Position numbers and translations under genes: made by a program
DNA from: an uncultured bacterium
GTDB lineage: Bacteria > Planctomycetota > UBA1135 > GCA-002686595
NCBI GenBank assembly: GCA_943787795.1
Contig: CALSNU010000002.1
Location: 64,001-128,000, forward strand
Length of the DNA: 64,000 nucleotides
Direction: 5' to 3'
Shown here: one piece after another, positions 47,652 through 58,796 of the stretch
How the letters are laid out: each line of letters starts with the position of its first letter
Position numbering within the stretch: the stretch's first letter is position 1
The notes under the pieces: generated by a model
Seen by the model: the letters and a program-made list of their open reading frames with translations, nothing else
The model's database searches: none
Told to the model about the DNA's origin: nothing

Positions 47652-50600
47652 GCCTCCCCGCCGCCAGCGTCCGGCGCCCGGTCTTCGCGACCATGGTGTC
47701 GCTCATGGTCGTGGCCCTCGGCGTCTTCGCCCTGGGCCGCCTGAGGATCGACCTCCTGCCCGAGGTGGAGATGCCCTCGTGCACGATCCGGACCACATAC
47801 GAGGGCGCGAGCCCAGAGGTGGTCGAGCGCCTCGTCACGCAGATCATCGAGGAGGTGGCCGCCACGGTCCCCGGGGTGGAGGAGATCGAGTCCACGTCCC
47901 TGGAGGGGTCGAGCCGCGTCACGGTCCGCTTCGGGTATGGCGTCAACGTCGACGCCGCGGCCATCGACCTGCAGGCCCGCGTGGACCAGGAGGTGGACGA
48001 GCTTCCCGACGAGGTGACCCGCCCCCGGGTCCAGAAGTTCGACATCGGCAGCTTCCCCATCGTGATCCTGGGGGTCAGCAGCAAGCTCGACCCCGTGGCC
48101 CTGACCCAGCTGGTGGAGGACCAGATCCGCTTCCGCTTCTCGCGGATCCCCGGCGTGGCCCAGGTGGACCCCTGGGGCAGCTTCACGCGCGAGGTCCGGG
48201 TCGAGCTCGACCCCCAACGACTCAACGCCCTGGGAATCCCCCTCGACCGCGTGCTCACCGCGCTGCGGGAGGCCAACCTGGACCGCCCGGCCGGCCAGCT
48301 GGAGGAGGGTCGCTACGAGGTGACCCTGCGGGCGCCAGCGGAGTTCCAGACCCTGGACGAGATCCGAGACACGGTGATCCTCGAGCGCGGCGACGGCGCC
48401 GTCACCGTCGGTCAGATCGCCGTGGTGAAGGACACCTACGAGAAGCTTGATCGCTACGTCCGCGTGGACGGCGACCTCGGGCTCAGGGTGGCGATCCGGA
48501 AGCAGTCCGACGCCAACACCGTCGAGGTCGCCAAGGCCATCCTCGAGGAGGTGGAGCGCGTCAATGTGGCTTACCCCCAGCTCAACGTCGTCGTCACCTC
48601 CAACCAGGGCGACTTCATCCGCCGCTCCATCGACAACGTGGCGAGCTCGGTCCTCTACGGGAGCGCGTTCGCGATCCTCGTGCTGCTCTTCTTCCTCCGG
48701 AGTCTGCGCAGCACCCTCGTCATCGCGGCGTCGATCCCGATCTCCATGGTGGCGACCTTCGCCCTCCTCGAGCTCGGCGGGCTGACCCTCAACCTCATGA
48801 CCCTCGGGGGCCTCGCTCTCGGCGTCGGCATGATGGTGGACAGCTCGGTGGTCGTCCTGGAGAACATCTTCCGCCGGCGCAGCGAGTATGGAGAGGACGC
48901 CGTGACCGCCTCGGTCACCGGCGCCGAGGAGGTGGCCAGCGCCATCCTCGCGAGCACGATCACGACCCTGGTCATCTTCCTCCCCCTCGCCTTCATCGAG
49001 GGCGTGGCCGGCGCGCTGTTCGGCGAGCTGGCCCTCGTCGTCGTCTTCAGCCTGATCTGCTCGCTGCTCGTCTCCCTGAGCCTCGTCCCCGTCCTCGCCT
49101 CCAGGCTCCTCGCGCGGCCGAGCTCCCAGGGCTCCTTCGCTGCCTTCGCCGAGCGCGGGTTCCAACGCCTCGATAGCGCCTACGCTGGGCTCCTACGACG
49201 CGCCGTCCGCCGGCCCCTCGTGGTGGTCGCCCTGTCCGGCGCGGCGCTCGGTGCCAGCCTGCTCCTCTACCCCCTCATCGGGACCGAGTACCTGCCCCCC
49301 AGCGACGAGGGCGAGGTGCGAGTCACCGGGGAGATGGCCGTGGGCACCCGGCTCGACCTCGTGGACCGCCAGACCCGCCGGATGACAGCGCTGGCCATGC
49401 CGCTGGTTCCCGAGCTTGTGTCCAGCGTGGTCTCCGTCGGACCCGGCTGGCGCGGCACCGTCTCGGCCCAGGGAGACATCCAGATGTCTCTCGTCCCCGC
49501 GCGGGAGCGCACTCGGTCCAACGCCGAGATCGCGGACGCCCTTCGAGCCGCCCTCTCGGGGCAAGTCGCCGGCATGTCGATCCGGACCCGCGCACCCGAG
49601 GGGCAGTTTCTCTTGCAGCGCGTGCTCGGGAGCGAGGGCGGCGTGGAGATCGAGGTCCGCGGCCCTGACCTTGACGTCCTCGAAGGCCTCGCGGCCCACG
49701 CCGCGCGCATCGCCGAGGAGACGCCCGGCGTGACCGACGTCACGGTCAGCCGGCGCGCCGGGACGCCCCAGCAGGAGATCCTCGTGGACCGGGGCAAGGT
49801 GGCCGACGTCGGGCTCTCCGTCCGCGACGTGGCGCGGGTCCTGGAGGTGGGCTTCGCCGGCGCTCGAGCGGGCGAGTTCCGCGCGGACGGTAACTCGTAT
49901 CGGATCCTCGTCCAGCTGGAGGACGCCGAGCGACGCTCCATCGACGAGGTGCTGGACATGACCCTGAGCACCCCGGGGGGCGACGCGGTCGCCTTGCGGA
50001 ACCTCGTCGACGCCAAGCCGAGCCGCGGCCCCCTCGTGATCGAGCGCAAGGACCAGCAGCGCGTGGTCACGGTCTCCGCCAATGTCGCAGGCCGGCCCGA
50101 AGGGTCCGTGGCCCGAGACCTGCAAGCCGAGCTCACCGCGCTTCCGCGGCCCCGGGGGCACGCGGTCGAGGTGGCGGGCACGTTCGAAGAACAGGAGAAG
50201 GCGACGCGCGAACTCGTGCTGTCGTTCCTGCTGGCCATCGCCCTGGTCTACATGGTGCTCGCCTGCCAGTACGAGTCCCTGCGCGACCCCCTGGTGGTCA
50301 TGCTCTCGGTCCCCTTCGCGGCCATCGGCGTCCTGGTGACGCTGCACCTCACCGGTACGACCCTCAACATCCAGAGCGCCATTGGCTGCATCGTCCTGGG
50401 CGGGGTTGTGGTGAACAACGCCATCCTCCTGGTCGATCAGGCCGGGCGCCTGGTCCAGGACGGCACCCCCGTGCGCGAGGCGGTGGCCGAGGCCGGCCGT
50501 CGCCGCCTCCGACCGATCCTGATGACGACGCTCACCACGGTCCTGGCGCTCCTCCCCCTGGCCTTCGGGATCGGGGAGGGCGCCGACGCCCAGGCGCCCC

Positions 50601-50710
50601 TGGCGCGCGCCGTGGTCGGCGGACTGGTCGGGTCGACCCTGATCACCCTCTTGCTCATCCCGGCCGCCTACACCCTCGTCCGACGCTCCGAGGCCCCCGA
50701 GCCCGCCTGA
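47648..50710 (+). CDS. RND efflux permease (AcrB/AcrD/AcrF family)
   Basis: [35 protein letters not shown]; 1020 aa. Confidence 0.96.
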   Translation: MSLPAASVRRPVFATMVSLMVVALGVFALGRLRIDLLPEVEMPSCTIRTTYEGASPEVVERLVTQIIEEVAATVPGVEEIESTSLEGSSRVTVRFGYGVNVDAAAIDLQARVDQEVDELPDEVTRPRVQKFDIGSFPIVILGVSSKLDPVALTQLVEDQIRFRFSRIPGVAQVDPWGSFTREVRVELDPQRLNALGIPLDRVLTALREANLDRPAGQLEEGRYEVTLRAPAEFQTLDEIRDTVILERGDGAVTVGQIAVVKDTYEKLDRYVRVDGDLGLRVAIRKQSDANTVEVAKAILEEVERVNVAYPQLNVVVTSNQGDFIRRSIDNVASSVLYGSAFAILVLLFFLRSLRSTLVIAASIPISMVATFALLELGGLTLNLMTLGGLALGVGMMVDSSVVVLENIFRRRSEYGEDAVTASVTGAEEVASAILASTITTLVIFLPLAFIEGVAGALFGELALVVVFSLICSLLVSLSLVPVLASRLLARPSSQGSFAAFAERGFQRLDSAYAGLLRRAVRRPLVVVALSGAALGASLLLYPLIGTEYLPPSDEGEVRVTGEMAVGTRLDLVDRQTRRMTALAMPLVPELVSSVVSVGPGWRGTVSAQGDIQMSLVPARERTRSNAEIADALRAALSGQVAGMSIRTRAPEGQFLLQRVLGSEGGVEIEVRGPDLDVLEGLAAHAARIAEETPGVTDVTVSRRAGTPQQEILVDRGKVADVGLSVRDVARVLEVGFAGARAGEFRADGNSYRILVQLEDAERRSIDEVLDMTLSTPGGDAVALRNLVDAKPSRGPLVIERKDQQRVVTVSANVAGRPEGSVARDLQAELTALPRPRGHAVEVAGTFEEQEKATRELVLSFLLAIALVYMVLACQYESLRDPLVVMLSVPFAAIGVLVTLHLTGTTLNIQSAIGCIVLGGVVVNNAILLVDQAGRLVQDGTPVREAVAEAGRRRLRPILMTTLTTVLALLPLAFGIGEGADAQAPLARAVVGGLVGSTLITLLLIPAAYTLVRRSEAPEPA

Positions 50711-50750
50711 GGCGGCACGGTGCTCGGGAGCACGCGTCGTATCGGTCCCG

Positions 50751-50888
50751 CCTGACGGGCCCTGCCTGAGCGGCCCTGCCTGAGCGGCTCTGCCTGACCG
50801 ATCTGGCCTGAGCGGCCCCCCTGACTGGCCTTCCTGACGGGCCCAGCCTCACCGGTCCGGCCTCACCGGTCCGGCCTGGCGGGTCTCG
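50751..50888. repeat. Degenerate tandem array, 13-14-bp unit (cctgagcggccctg), about 10 copies
   Basis: cctgacgggccctg, cctgagcggccctg, cctgagcggctctg ... cctcaccggtccgg x2. Confidence 0.85.
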
Positions 50889-51009
50889 CTCGGCTGGTCC
50901 CGGCTGGCCGGGCACCCCCGGACGAATGACCCTCGAAGCCGGCACTCCACTCGCCCACTCCGGTCCGCGCGCCGCACTCAAGGCAGCAGCGCCCAAGAGG
51001 GATCAGCGG

Positions 51010-53301
51010 TCAGCCGTCGCCGCCGCCAAGGAGGTGCTCCTGAATGAGCGCCCACTCGGTCTGACGCGAGTGCCAGGCGAGGTCGCGATCGCGGATCCCG
51101 TGACGCGTCTGGGGGTAGGCCATCATGGACCAATCGGTCTTGCCAGCCTTCATGAGCGCGTGCGCCATCTGGAACATGTTCTGCACGTGCACGTTGTCGT
51201 CCATGATCCCGTGGTGCATGTGGAGGAAGCCATTGAGGCCCTTCGCCACGCCGAGGACGCTGGTCGCCTCGTAGCCCTCGAGGTTATCCGAGGGTGTCCG
51301 CATGTAGCGCTCGGTGTAGATCGTGTCGTACATGCGCCAGTCGTAGACGCCGCCCCCGGCGACGCCGAGCTTGAAGCGATCCGTTCGACACAGACAGTTC
51401 GCGGTCATGGTGCCGCCGAAGCTGTACCCCGTGATGCCCACGCGGTCGCCGTCGGCCCAGGGGTTCGCGGTGAGCCAGTCCAGGACGTCGACCATATCGT
51501 CGACCTCCTGCAGCCCCACGCGTCGATAGAGCGCGGAGGTCGCGTCGTGGCCGCGGCTGGTGGACGAGCGCACGTTGGTCTGCAGCACGAGCACGCCCTG
51601 CTGCGCGAGGAACTGGAAGAAGGTGCTGCTGTTCCAACGGTTGCGCACCGACGGCGCAGCCGGTCCCGAGTAGGTGGAGATCCACACGGCGTAGGAGCGC
51701 GCGGGGTCGAAGTCCGCCGGCTTGAGCAGCGCCACGTCGAGCTCCACGCCGTCCCGCGTGGCGACCCGATGGAGCTCCCAGGCACCGATGCCGTAGTCCT
51801 TGGCCGGCGCCTCCGCCCGACCGAGCTCCTTGACGATAATCCCCTCCGCGTCGCAGACCCGGACCACGCCGGGGTTGGTGAGGCTGGAGAAGCGGTCAAT
51901 GAAGTAGGTCCGCGCCTCGTTGAAGGAGACCGAGTGGGACCCCTCATCCGACGTGAGGCGGACCAGCCCGGTCCCGTCGAGGGCGACCCGATAGAGGTTC
52001 GAGTTGATGTCCCCGTCCGCGGTGGACTGGAACCAGACGTGACCCGGAGAGTCACCCTCCGGGGCGTCCACGTGCTCGACGCCCCGGAGGTTCCAATCCC
52101 CAGAGGTGACCGCGCCCAGCAGCTCGCCGTCGAGCCGATAGCGGTAGAGGTGGTCCGTGCCCGTCCGGTGGCTCTGCCAGAGGAACGTGCCATCGCCCAG
52201 CCAGATCGGAGGCTCCGGGCGCTCGGTCCAGGTGGAGGATTCCTCGCGGATGAGCACCTCTCCCTTGCCCGTCTCCGGGTCGACGCTCAGGAGGTCCATC
52301 CAGGTCTGGATGCGGTCCTGGACGTAGACGAGGCAGCGCCCGCCATCCGGCGTCCAGCCCACCCGCACCACGAGGATCTCCTGCCCGTCGTAGGCCGAGA
52401 GATCGACCCAGGCCGTGGCCGCGGTGTCCGCGTCGGTGATCCCCACTCTGACGATAGGGTTCGGGTCACCGACCTTCGGGTAGTTGGTGACCTCCGACTT
52501 GACCCGGAAGGTCGAGTCCTCGATGTGGTCCACCACCGTGAACTCGTAGACGGGGCTCTCGTCGAGGGCCAGGAACGCGAGGTGCTCGGAGTCGGGGGAC
52601 CAGAAGTGCCCGAGGAAGTTGCCGCGGCCGTAGATCTCCTCCTGATAGACCCAGTCGAGGATGCCGTTGAACTGGTCGGGTCCGCCGTCGCTGGTCACCG
52701 GAGCGACGTCCCCGGTCGCGGTGTTCACCATGTAGAGGTCGTTCCCACGGACGAAGGCGAGCGCCTTTCCGTCGGCGGACATGCGGTCGTAACGAATCTC
52801 CCCGTCTACGCCGCGGGCGAGGACCCTGGGCGCCTCACCAACCCGGTGGAACCACAGCTCCTCGTTCAGGTACGCCATGCGCGCCGCGCCGTCGTCCGAG
52901 AGCTGCTCCGGGCGCTTCTCGAGGCCCCTGGCGATGCGCTGAGCCTCCTTCTCCGATCGGCCCCCCTGGGCCTGAATCAGCTCCGCGAGGCCTGCGAGCG
53001 GAGCGGCCTCCTGGCTCCCCTCCTCCACAGGCTGGCCTGCGGGCTTGCCCATCTCACCGGTCCGAACATCCAACCAGAGGGCATTCTCGCCTCGCCCCAC
53101 CTCCACGTGCTCGCCGTCCCAGGCCCAGCGGGCGCGCGGGAGCGAGGGAGAGAGGTTGATCGGCTCGCTGCCCGGCCTCCGGCTCGTCTGTTCCAGGGTG
53201 ATCCTCTTCTCGGAGGCCTGGGCGGGAGCCTCCACGGGAGCCTCCACGGGAGCCTGGAGGCTGGAGGTGGCCGCGCTGAGGAGCAGGATCGTGAGGAGCA
53301 T
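51010..53301 (-). CDS. Dipeptidyl-peptidase IV-like S9B peptidase
   Basis: Signal peptide from ATG 53301; DWVYQEE, YPKVG, GYSFGG, YDTIYTERYM, DDNVH, H. Confidence 0.93.
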   Translation of the reverse strand: MLLTILLLSAATSSLQAPVEAPVEAPAQASEKRITLEQTSRRPGSEPINLSPSLPRARWAWDGEHVEVGRGENALWLDVRTGEMGKPAGQPVEEGSQEAAPLAGLAELIQAQGGRSEKEAQRIARGLEKRPEQLSDDGAARMAYLNEELWFHRVGEAPRVLARGVDGEIRYDRMSADGKALAFVRGNDLYMVNTATGDVAPVTSDGGPDQFNGILDWVYQEEIYGRGNFLGHFWSPDSEHLAFLALDESPVYEFTVVDHIEDSTFRVKSEVTNYPKVGDPNPIVRVGITDADTAATAWVDLSAYDGQEILVVRVGWTPDGGRCLVYVQDRIQTWMDLLSVDPETGKGEVLIREESSTWTERPEPPIWLGDGTFLWQSHRTGTDHLYRYRLDGELLGAVTSGDWNLRGVEHVDAPEGDSPGHVWFQSTADGDINSNLYRVALDGTGLVRLTSDEGSHSVSFNEARTYFIDRFSSLTNPGVVRVCDAEGIIVKELGRAEAPAKDYGIGAWELHRVATRDGVELDVALLKPADFDPARSYAVWISTYSGPAAPSVRNRWNSSTFFQFLAQQGVLVLQTNVRSSTSRGHDATSALYRRVGLQEVDDMVDVLDWLTANPWADGDRVGITGYSFGGTMTANCLCRTDRFKLGVAGGGVYDWRMYDTIYTERYMRTPSDNLEGYEATSVLGVAKGLNGFLHMHHGIMDDNVHVQNMFQMAHALMKAGKTDWSMMAYPQTRHGIRDRDLAWHSRQTEWALIQEHLLGGGDG

Positions 53302-53431
53302 GGAGATCGGGGGTGGACGGGAGACGGCAGTTCGCGGAGTGCCTATTTTAGGCAGAGCCCGTGAATAGACGGGCGCTCCGCTCGTACGGACGCTGAAAGG
53401 TTTCACAAGGCACCCAATCCACCCCTCGATC

Positions 53432-55190
53432 ATGCTCGCCCTCACTCCTCTTGCGCTTCCCCTGCTCCTCTCCGCCGGCGGGAGCCCCCAGCCTGCGACA
53501 TCCGACCTCCTCGCGGCCATCCCCGAGGACGCCCTGATCGCCGTCCACGTCCCGGACCCCCGCGCGATCATCGCGGCACGTGAGACCAACGCCATGGTCG
53601 GCTTCATGCTCGACCCGGAGTGGGAGTCCATCGCCGCGCTCTTCATGGGCGAGGACGAGGGGAGCGTGCGCATGCTCGACGAGCTGAAGGGGCTCCGCCA
53701 GCAGGCCATCGAGGCCATGTCGGACGCCGCCGGGCTCGTGGCCTTCGCGACGGCGGCCCCTGAGACGGGTGAGGACATGACGATCGGGGTCGTCGCCCAG
53801 GGCGGACCGAAGGTGGCCGCGATGATCGAGGAGATGTTCGTCGGCGAGTCCGCCTCGACGCTCCAGCTCTCGCCGTCGCTGATCGCGAGGGTCACCCCGG
53901 CCGCCGAGGGCCGCATGGCGCGCGCCTTCGCCACCACCGGCAACCTGGTGGTGGGGATCGAGTCCGAGTCCGGTGAGGCCGTGGCGAGAGAGCTCGCGGC
54001 CAAGTGCCTCTCCGGCGGGGCCGAGCGCCCCGGCGGGCCCTTCGGCGTCCCCGGCGTGGCGGTCGAGCGGCGCGAGTGCGCCGTCGAGATGGCCGTCAAC
54101 CTCGGGCCCATCTGGGATTCGGCGCGGGCCGAGGGCTTCAACAGCCCGATCGAGGAGCAGATGTTCGAGATGATGGTCGGCGGGTACCAACTGGATGTAC
54201 GGCTACGCCTCCCTCGGGAGCGGCGAGAAGATCGACTCCGCGGTCGTCCTCCCCTACCTCGAGGAGTCCGACCTCGCCGGCCTCTTCGCGAACTTCGGCA
54301 GCGCCGACCTCTCGACCTTCCGCAGCGTGCCCGCGAACGCCCACACGGCCTCCGCCATGTCCCTGGACCTCGAGGGCATCTTCGACTGGGCCATGGACCT
54401 CGTGAAGGCCGACTCCGAGGAGGGCTACGAGCAGGTCATGGGCATGATCGGAGGGGTCACCGAGATGTCGGGGATCGACCTCATCGAGGACATCCTCGGC
54501 AACATGACCGGGCAGTTCCTCACCTTCTCGGCAGTCAAGTCCGAGGACGACGCCGCGAGCACCGAGCCCAGCCTCATGGACCTCGCCATGGCCGGCAACC
54601 TCGCGGGCGATGACGTCACCATGATCGCCTTCGTCGAGGACACCGAGGTCCTGCTCGAGGCCATCGAGTTCGCGCTCGATATGAGCGGGATGGGTGAGAT
54701 GGTCGAGTCCGGCAGCATGGAGGGCGGCGAGACCGGCTCCTTCGAGACCTGGACGCTCGACCCGGACATGGGGATGGGCTCCATGAAGATTGCTCTTGGC
54801 GCCGGCCGACTGATCTTCTCTAGCAACCCCGCGCAGTTGAGCGACTACGTCGCGGGCATCGGCACCGAGCGCGCCTCGTCGTTCGGGGCGGACAAGAAGG
54901 TGGCCGCGGCGCTCACGCAGCTCTCCGGGGCCGCTGTGAACGTCCAGAAGACCGGCAAGGTCCTGGAGTCCATGGCGAGCTCCCTGAAGATGATGGGCTC
55001 GATGTTCGGCGAGATCACCCTCGCCGATCCGGGCTCCGACATCGACAACAGCATCAACGCGATGTTCGCGCGCATGGCGCTGGCCTCTGACCGCGTGGTG
55101 GAGCTCGGCCGCCGCTACTTCGAGGGCACCACCTCAGGGGACATGGTCATGGAGGCGGGCAAGATGCGGTTCCGCACGAGCAGCCGCTGA
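53432..55190 (+). CDS. Hypothetical exported protein (possibly DUF3352-like), split by a +1 frameshift near 54182
   Basis: Signal peptide then LLAAIPEDAL; natural-looking sequence switches frame at MMVGG|TNWMYGYASL; removing one G gives about 585 aa. Confidence 0.65.
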
Positions 55191-55253
55191 TCCATCTCCC
55201 TGCGAGCCAGACCCCTGCCCGGCGGGTCCCTGCCCGGCGAGCCCAGGATTGAA

Positions 55254-55291
55254 CGCGCCCCGCGCCCCCCTAGAGGAGGTCGCGGGGCGCG
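55254..55291. terminator. Hairpin between convergent genes
   Basis: cgcgccccgcg ... cgcggggcgcg inverted repeat. Confidence 0.55.
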
Positions 55292-55328
55292 CCCGTAGAG
55301 GTCTAGCCTGGCGGCATGGCGACCCCGG

Positions 55329-56666
55329 CTAGCCGCGCTGCCGCTTGTATTGCTCGAAGGGGTCCTCGAGGGGCTGCTGCTCGCCGCCGACCTCCTGGGT
55401 GGGCCCGTCATTGGGCAACGCAGGCTCGGGGCTCGGCTGCAAGCCGAGCGCGGGTGCGGGAGGGGGAGCGGATGCGGGGCCGGGGGCGGCTGAGTAAGCC
55501 TCTCCGTGCTCGGGGGTCATGTCTGCGGGCATGTCCATCGGCGCCGCCGGGAGCGGGCTGGCGGGCATCACAGGCTGTCCGACGACCCCGGGCTGCCAGT
55601 GCACGCCCGCGGCCTGAAGGCTGTCCACGAAGCCGTCCTTCTGGATCGACTTGGAGTACGCCTCCTCGGGCGTGACCTCGCCGCTAACGACCAGCTTCGT
55701 GAGGGCGTCGTTCAGGAGGACCATCCCGGACTTTCCACCCATCTGCATCACGCTCATGATCTGGTGAGTCTTGCCCTCGCGAATCAGGGAGCTGACCGCG
55801 CTGTTCACGGCGAGCACCTCGAGGGCCGCCACCCGGCCGCCCGCCTGCCTCTTGCAGAGGGTCTGCGCCACGACCCCCTTGAGCGACGAGGAGAGCATCG
55901 TTCGGATCTGCGCTTGGCGGTCGGCAGGGAACTGATCGATGATCCGGTCCACGGTCGACGGCGCGGTGGTGGTGTGCAGCGTGCCGAAGACCAGGTGACC
56001 GGTCTCTGCGGTCTCGATGGCGATCTCGATGGTCTCGAGGTCCCGGAGCTCGCCGACGAGGACGATGTCCGGGTCCTCGCGCAGGGCGGCCTTGAGGGCG
56101 CGCTTGAAGGAAGCGGTGTGCTGCTTCACCTCGCGCTGGTTGATCAGGCACCGCTGGTCCTGGTGCACGAACTCGATCGGGTCCTCGATCGTGATGATGT
56201 GGTCAGGTCGATTCTTGTTGATGAAGTCGATCATCGCAGCGAGCGTCGTCGACTTGCCGCTCCCTGTCGGACCCGTCACCAGCACGAGCCCCTTGGAGAG
56301 CATGCAGAAGTCCCTGGCGACATCGGGGAGATTCAGCTCCTCGAAGGTCAAGAGCTCCTCTGGGATGACCCGAAAGGTGGCCGCCGGGCCTCGACTGTCC
56401 ACAAAGAGGTTGCCGCGGAAGCGAGCGAGACCCGGGATCTCGTAGGCGAAGTCCGCGTCGAAGGTCGCCTCATAGGTCTCCCACACGGACGGGATGCAGA
56501 TCTCCTTGAAGATCAGCTGCATCTGATCCGGCGGAATGGCGTCACACTCCTTCACCGGCACGATGTCGCCGTGCAGCCGAAACTGCGGCTTCGTGTTGGA
56601 GGTCATGTGAAGGTCAGAGGCGCCCACCTCGACCATTCGTTTGAACAGCGCGTCAATCCAGGCCAT
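55329..56666 (-). CDS. pilT: Type IV pilus retraction ATPase PilT with Pro-rich C-terminal extension
   Basis: GASDLH, GLVLVTGPTGSGKSTTLAAMID, TIEDPIE, ALREDPD..LVGELRD, AETGHLVFGTLHT, LIREGK. Confidence 0.95.
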   Translation of the reverse strand: MAWIDALFKRMVEVGASDLHMTSNTKPQFRLHGDIVPVKECDAIPPDQMQLIFKEICIPSVWETYEATFDADFAYEIPGLARFRGNLFVDSRGPAATFRVIPEELLTFEELNLPDVARDFCMLSKGLVLVTGPTGSGKSTTLAAMIDFINKNRPDHIITIEDPIEFVHQDQRCLINQREVKQHTASFKRALKAALREDPDIVLVGELRDLETIEIAIETAETGHLVFGTLHTTTAPSTVDRIIDQFPADRQAQIRTMLSSSLKGVVAQTLCKRQAGGRVAALEVLAVNSAVSSLIREGKTHQIMSVMQMGGKSGMVLLNDALTKLVVSGEVTPEEAYSKSIQKDGFVDSLQAAGVHWQPGVVGQPVMPASPLPAAPMDMPADMTPEHGEAYSAAPGPASAPPPAPALGLQPSPEPALPNDGPTQEVGGEQQPLEDPFEQYKRQRG

Positions 56667-56766
56667 GTCTTCTTAGGGTTGTGTTCCAGCGGGGATCGCC
56701 GGCCTTTGGGTCCACGAGCGGCTATCGGCAGGAACGGGACAATCCTCAAGCCGATACGCTCATCGG

Positions 56767-58116
56767 ATGACGCGTCTCCATCCCGACGACACATCGTGGT
56801 CGCTCGCTCCCTCCTCCAGGGCCTCCCAGGCGCCCTGCCTCGGTCCTTCCCGGCCCTCCGCGCGGGTCGGTCCAGCGACGCTCTGGGTGGGCGCCATCGC
56901 CGCCCTGGGCGCCCTCCACGGCTGTGGAGACCCTCCGGAGCCGAGCCCGTCGACCCGCCCGTTGGCCCCCGGCGCCTGGCGGGCGACGCTCGCCAGTCCG
57001 GGCGGAGCGATCACCTTCGGGCTCGACCTGGAGGAGTCCGAGGGGGGCCTGCGCGCCGTACTCGTGAACGGAGCAGAGCGCCAACCTGCCGGCCTGCTCG
57101 AGGAGGCCGGCGAGCAGGTTCGATTCGAGCTGCCCCCCTATCGCTCGGCGGTGGTCGCGACGCCTGACCCGGACGGGCGCGGCCTCACGGGATACTGGGA
57201 ACGGGACGTCGGCGAAGGCCCCGTGCCGCTGCTGCCCTTCGCGGCGGTGGCTGGTACGGACGCGCGGCCACCCGCCCTCCCGGACGCCACCACGCCCGGC
57301 CGCCTCTCTGGGACGTGGCGCGTCCGCTTTGAAGGGGATGAGGATGACGCCATCGGCCTCTTCCAAGTCGAGGCCACAGGGCGCGCGTCCGGGACCTTCC
57401 TCACGACCCTCGGTGACTATCGCTACCTCAGCGGTTGGTTCGATGGAGCGGCCCTGCGCCTCGCGTGCTTCGACGGCGCCCACGCGTTCCTCTTCGAGGC
57501 CAGCCTGAACGACGCGGGCGACCTCTCCGGAGACTTCTGGTCACGGGACTCCTTCCACACGACCTGGACGGCGACTCGCGACGAAGGAGCGAAGCTCCCC
57601 GACGACTTCACGCTGACCCGCTGGGCCGAGGGTGAGGACCTCGAAGCGCTGACCTTCCCGGACGTGGAGGGCGAGCGCAGGACCCTCGGCGAGCTCTTGC
57701 CCGCCGAGTCGGCCGGGCTCTTGGTGGTGTTCGGCACATGGTGTCCGAACTGCAACGACCTGACAGCGACGCTCGTGGAGCTGCAGCGCCGGTACCCAGA
57801 CCTCCGCATCGTGGGAGTGGCCTTCGAGCTGGGTTCGGATCCCGTGAAGCACCGAGAGGCCGTCCGCGGTTACATCGACCATCACGGGATCGAGTATCCG
57901 GTCCTCATCGGGGGCAGCGCCTCGAAGGCACTCGCCAGCGAAGCCCTGCCCATCCTTGACCGCGTCCGTGCCTATCCCACGACCGTCTTCCTGGAACGAG
58001 GTCGGCGCCCCGCAGCGGTCCACACGGGCTTCAGTGGCCCGGCCACCGGACAGCGATACGAGGCCCTTGTGGCACGCTTCGAGTCCGAGATCCAAACGCT
58101 GATCGGCTCGCGGTAG
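56767..58116 (+). CDS. TlpA-like thioredoxin-fold lipoprotein with N-terminal beta domains
   Basis: LHGC lipobox-like; GDYRYL, FDGAHAFLF; GTWCPNC; AYPTTVFL; start uncertain. Confidence 0.85.
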   Translation: MTRLHPDDTSWSLAPSSRASQAPCLGPSRPSARVGPATLWVGAIAALGALHGCGDPPEPSPSTRPLAPGAWRATLASPGGAITFGLDLEESEGGLRAVLVNGAERQPAGLLEEAGEQVRFELPPYRSAVVATPDPDGRGLTGYWERDVGEGPVPLLPFAAVAGTDARPPALPDATTPGRLSGTWRVRFEGDEDDAIGLFQVEATGRASGTFLTTLGDYRYLSGWFDGAALRLACFDGAHAFLFEASLNDAGDLSGDFWSRDSFHTTWTATRDEGAKLPDDFTLTRWAEGEDLEALTFPDVEGERRTLGELLPAESAGLLVVFGTWCPNCNDLTATLVELQRRYPDLRIVGVAFELGSDPVKHREAVRGYIDHHGIEYPVLIGGSASKALASEALPILDRVRAYPTTVFLERGRRPAAVHTGFSGPATGQRYEALVARFESEIQTLIGSR

Positions 58117-58305
58117 CGCCCCGCTCGGGCACCAGGAGCCCGGTGAAGGGTCCGGGAGCACGGACCCTGAGAGCGCGCTCTGAGAGCGGCTCCTGGCAAG
58201 GGGCCCTTCAAGCGGCCCCTCAATCAGGGTCACATGGAAGCACTCTCGCCCTCCAGGGGGGTGAGAGGGGAGGAACCGCCAGCCGAAACGTCTTATCATC
58301 TGGGC

Positions 58306-58776
58306 ATGCCGTTCCTCGTCCTGCTCCTCCTGATCGGTGGCGTCATCGCCGCGCCAGGCGTCCTTCTTGATCGCTCATGGAAGGTGGGAGGTCAGGTCCA
58401 GGCTGCGATGGAGCGCGGCGAAGCCCCAAGCAACGAGGTCGTCGAGGTCTCCATCCTCCGCCTCAAGAATGCGCGTTACCGGAAGGGCCGGTCCCTGCCC
58501 GAGTGGGTCCAGGAGCTGGACGGCAAGAAGATCAGCCTCTGGGGCTACATGGCCATCGGGACCCTCGAGGGGCTGGGAGAGTTCGAGCTCGTCCCCGAGT
58601 CCTGCGAGTGCGGCAAGTCGAAGGTCAACCACTTCGTCCAGGTGACCCTCGACGACGACGTCACGCGCTTCATCCCCGGCCGGATCACGCTGGTGGGAAC
58701 CTTCAGCTGCGGCGAGGTGGAGGAGGACGGCTTCATCACGAGCGTCTACCGCCTCTCCACCGACCAGCTCCCCTGA
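58306..58776 (+). CDS. DUF3299-like protein
   Basis: VQELDGKKISLWGYM...EFELVP..CECG....NHFVQV...I.LVG.F. Confidence 0.7.
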   Translation: MPFLVLLLLIGGVIAAPGVLLDRSWKVGGQVQAAMERGEAPSNEVVEVSILRLKNARYRKGRSLPEWVQELDGKKISLWGYMAIGTLEGLGEFELVPESCECGKSKVNHFVQVTLDDDVTRFIPGRITLVGTFSCGEVEEDGFITSVYRLSTDQLP

Positions 58777-58796
58777 GCGGGAGCCGCCCGCGCGCC

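Noticed and set aside
58132..58221. Branched hairpins after the TlpA-like gene as an ncRNA
   Set aside because: Short GC-rich stems are compatible with a terminator or chance; no family features recognised
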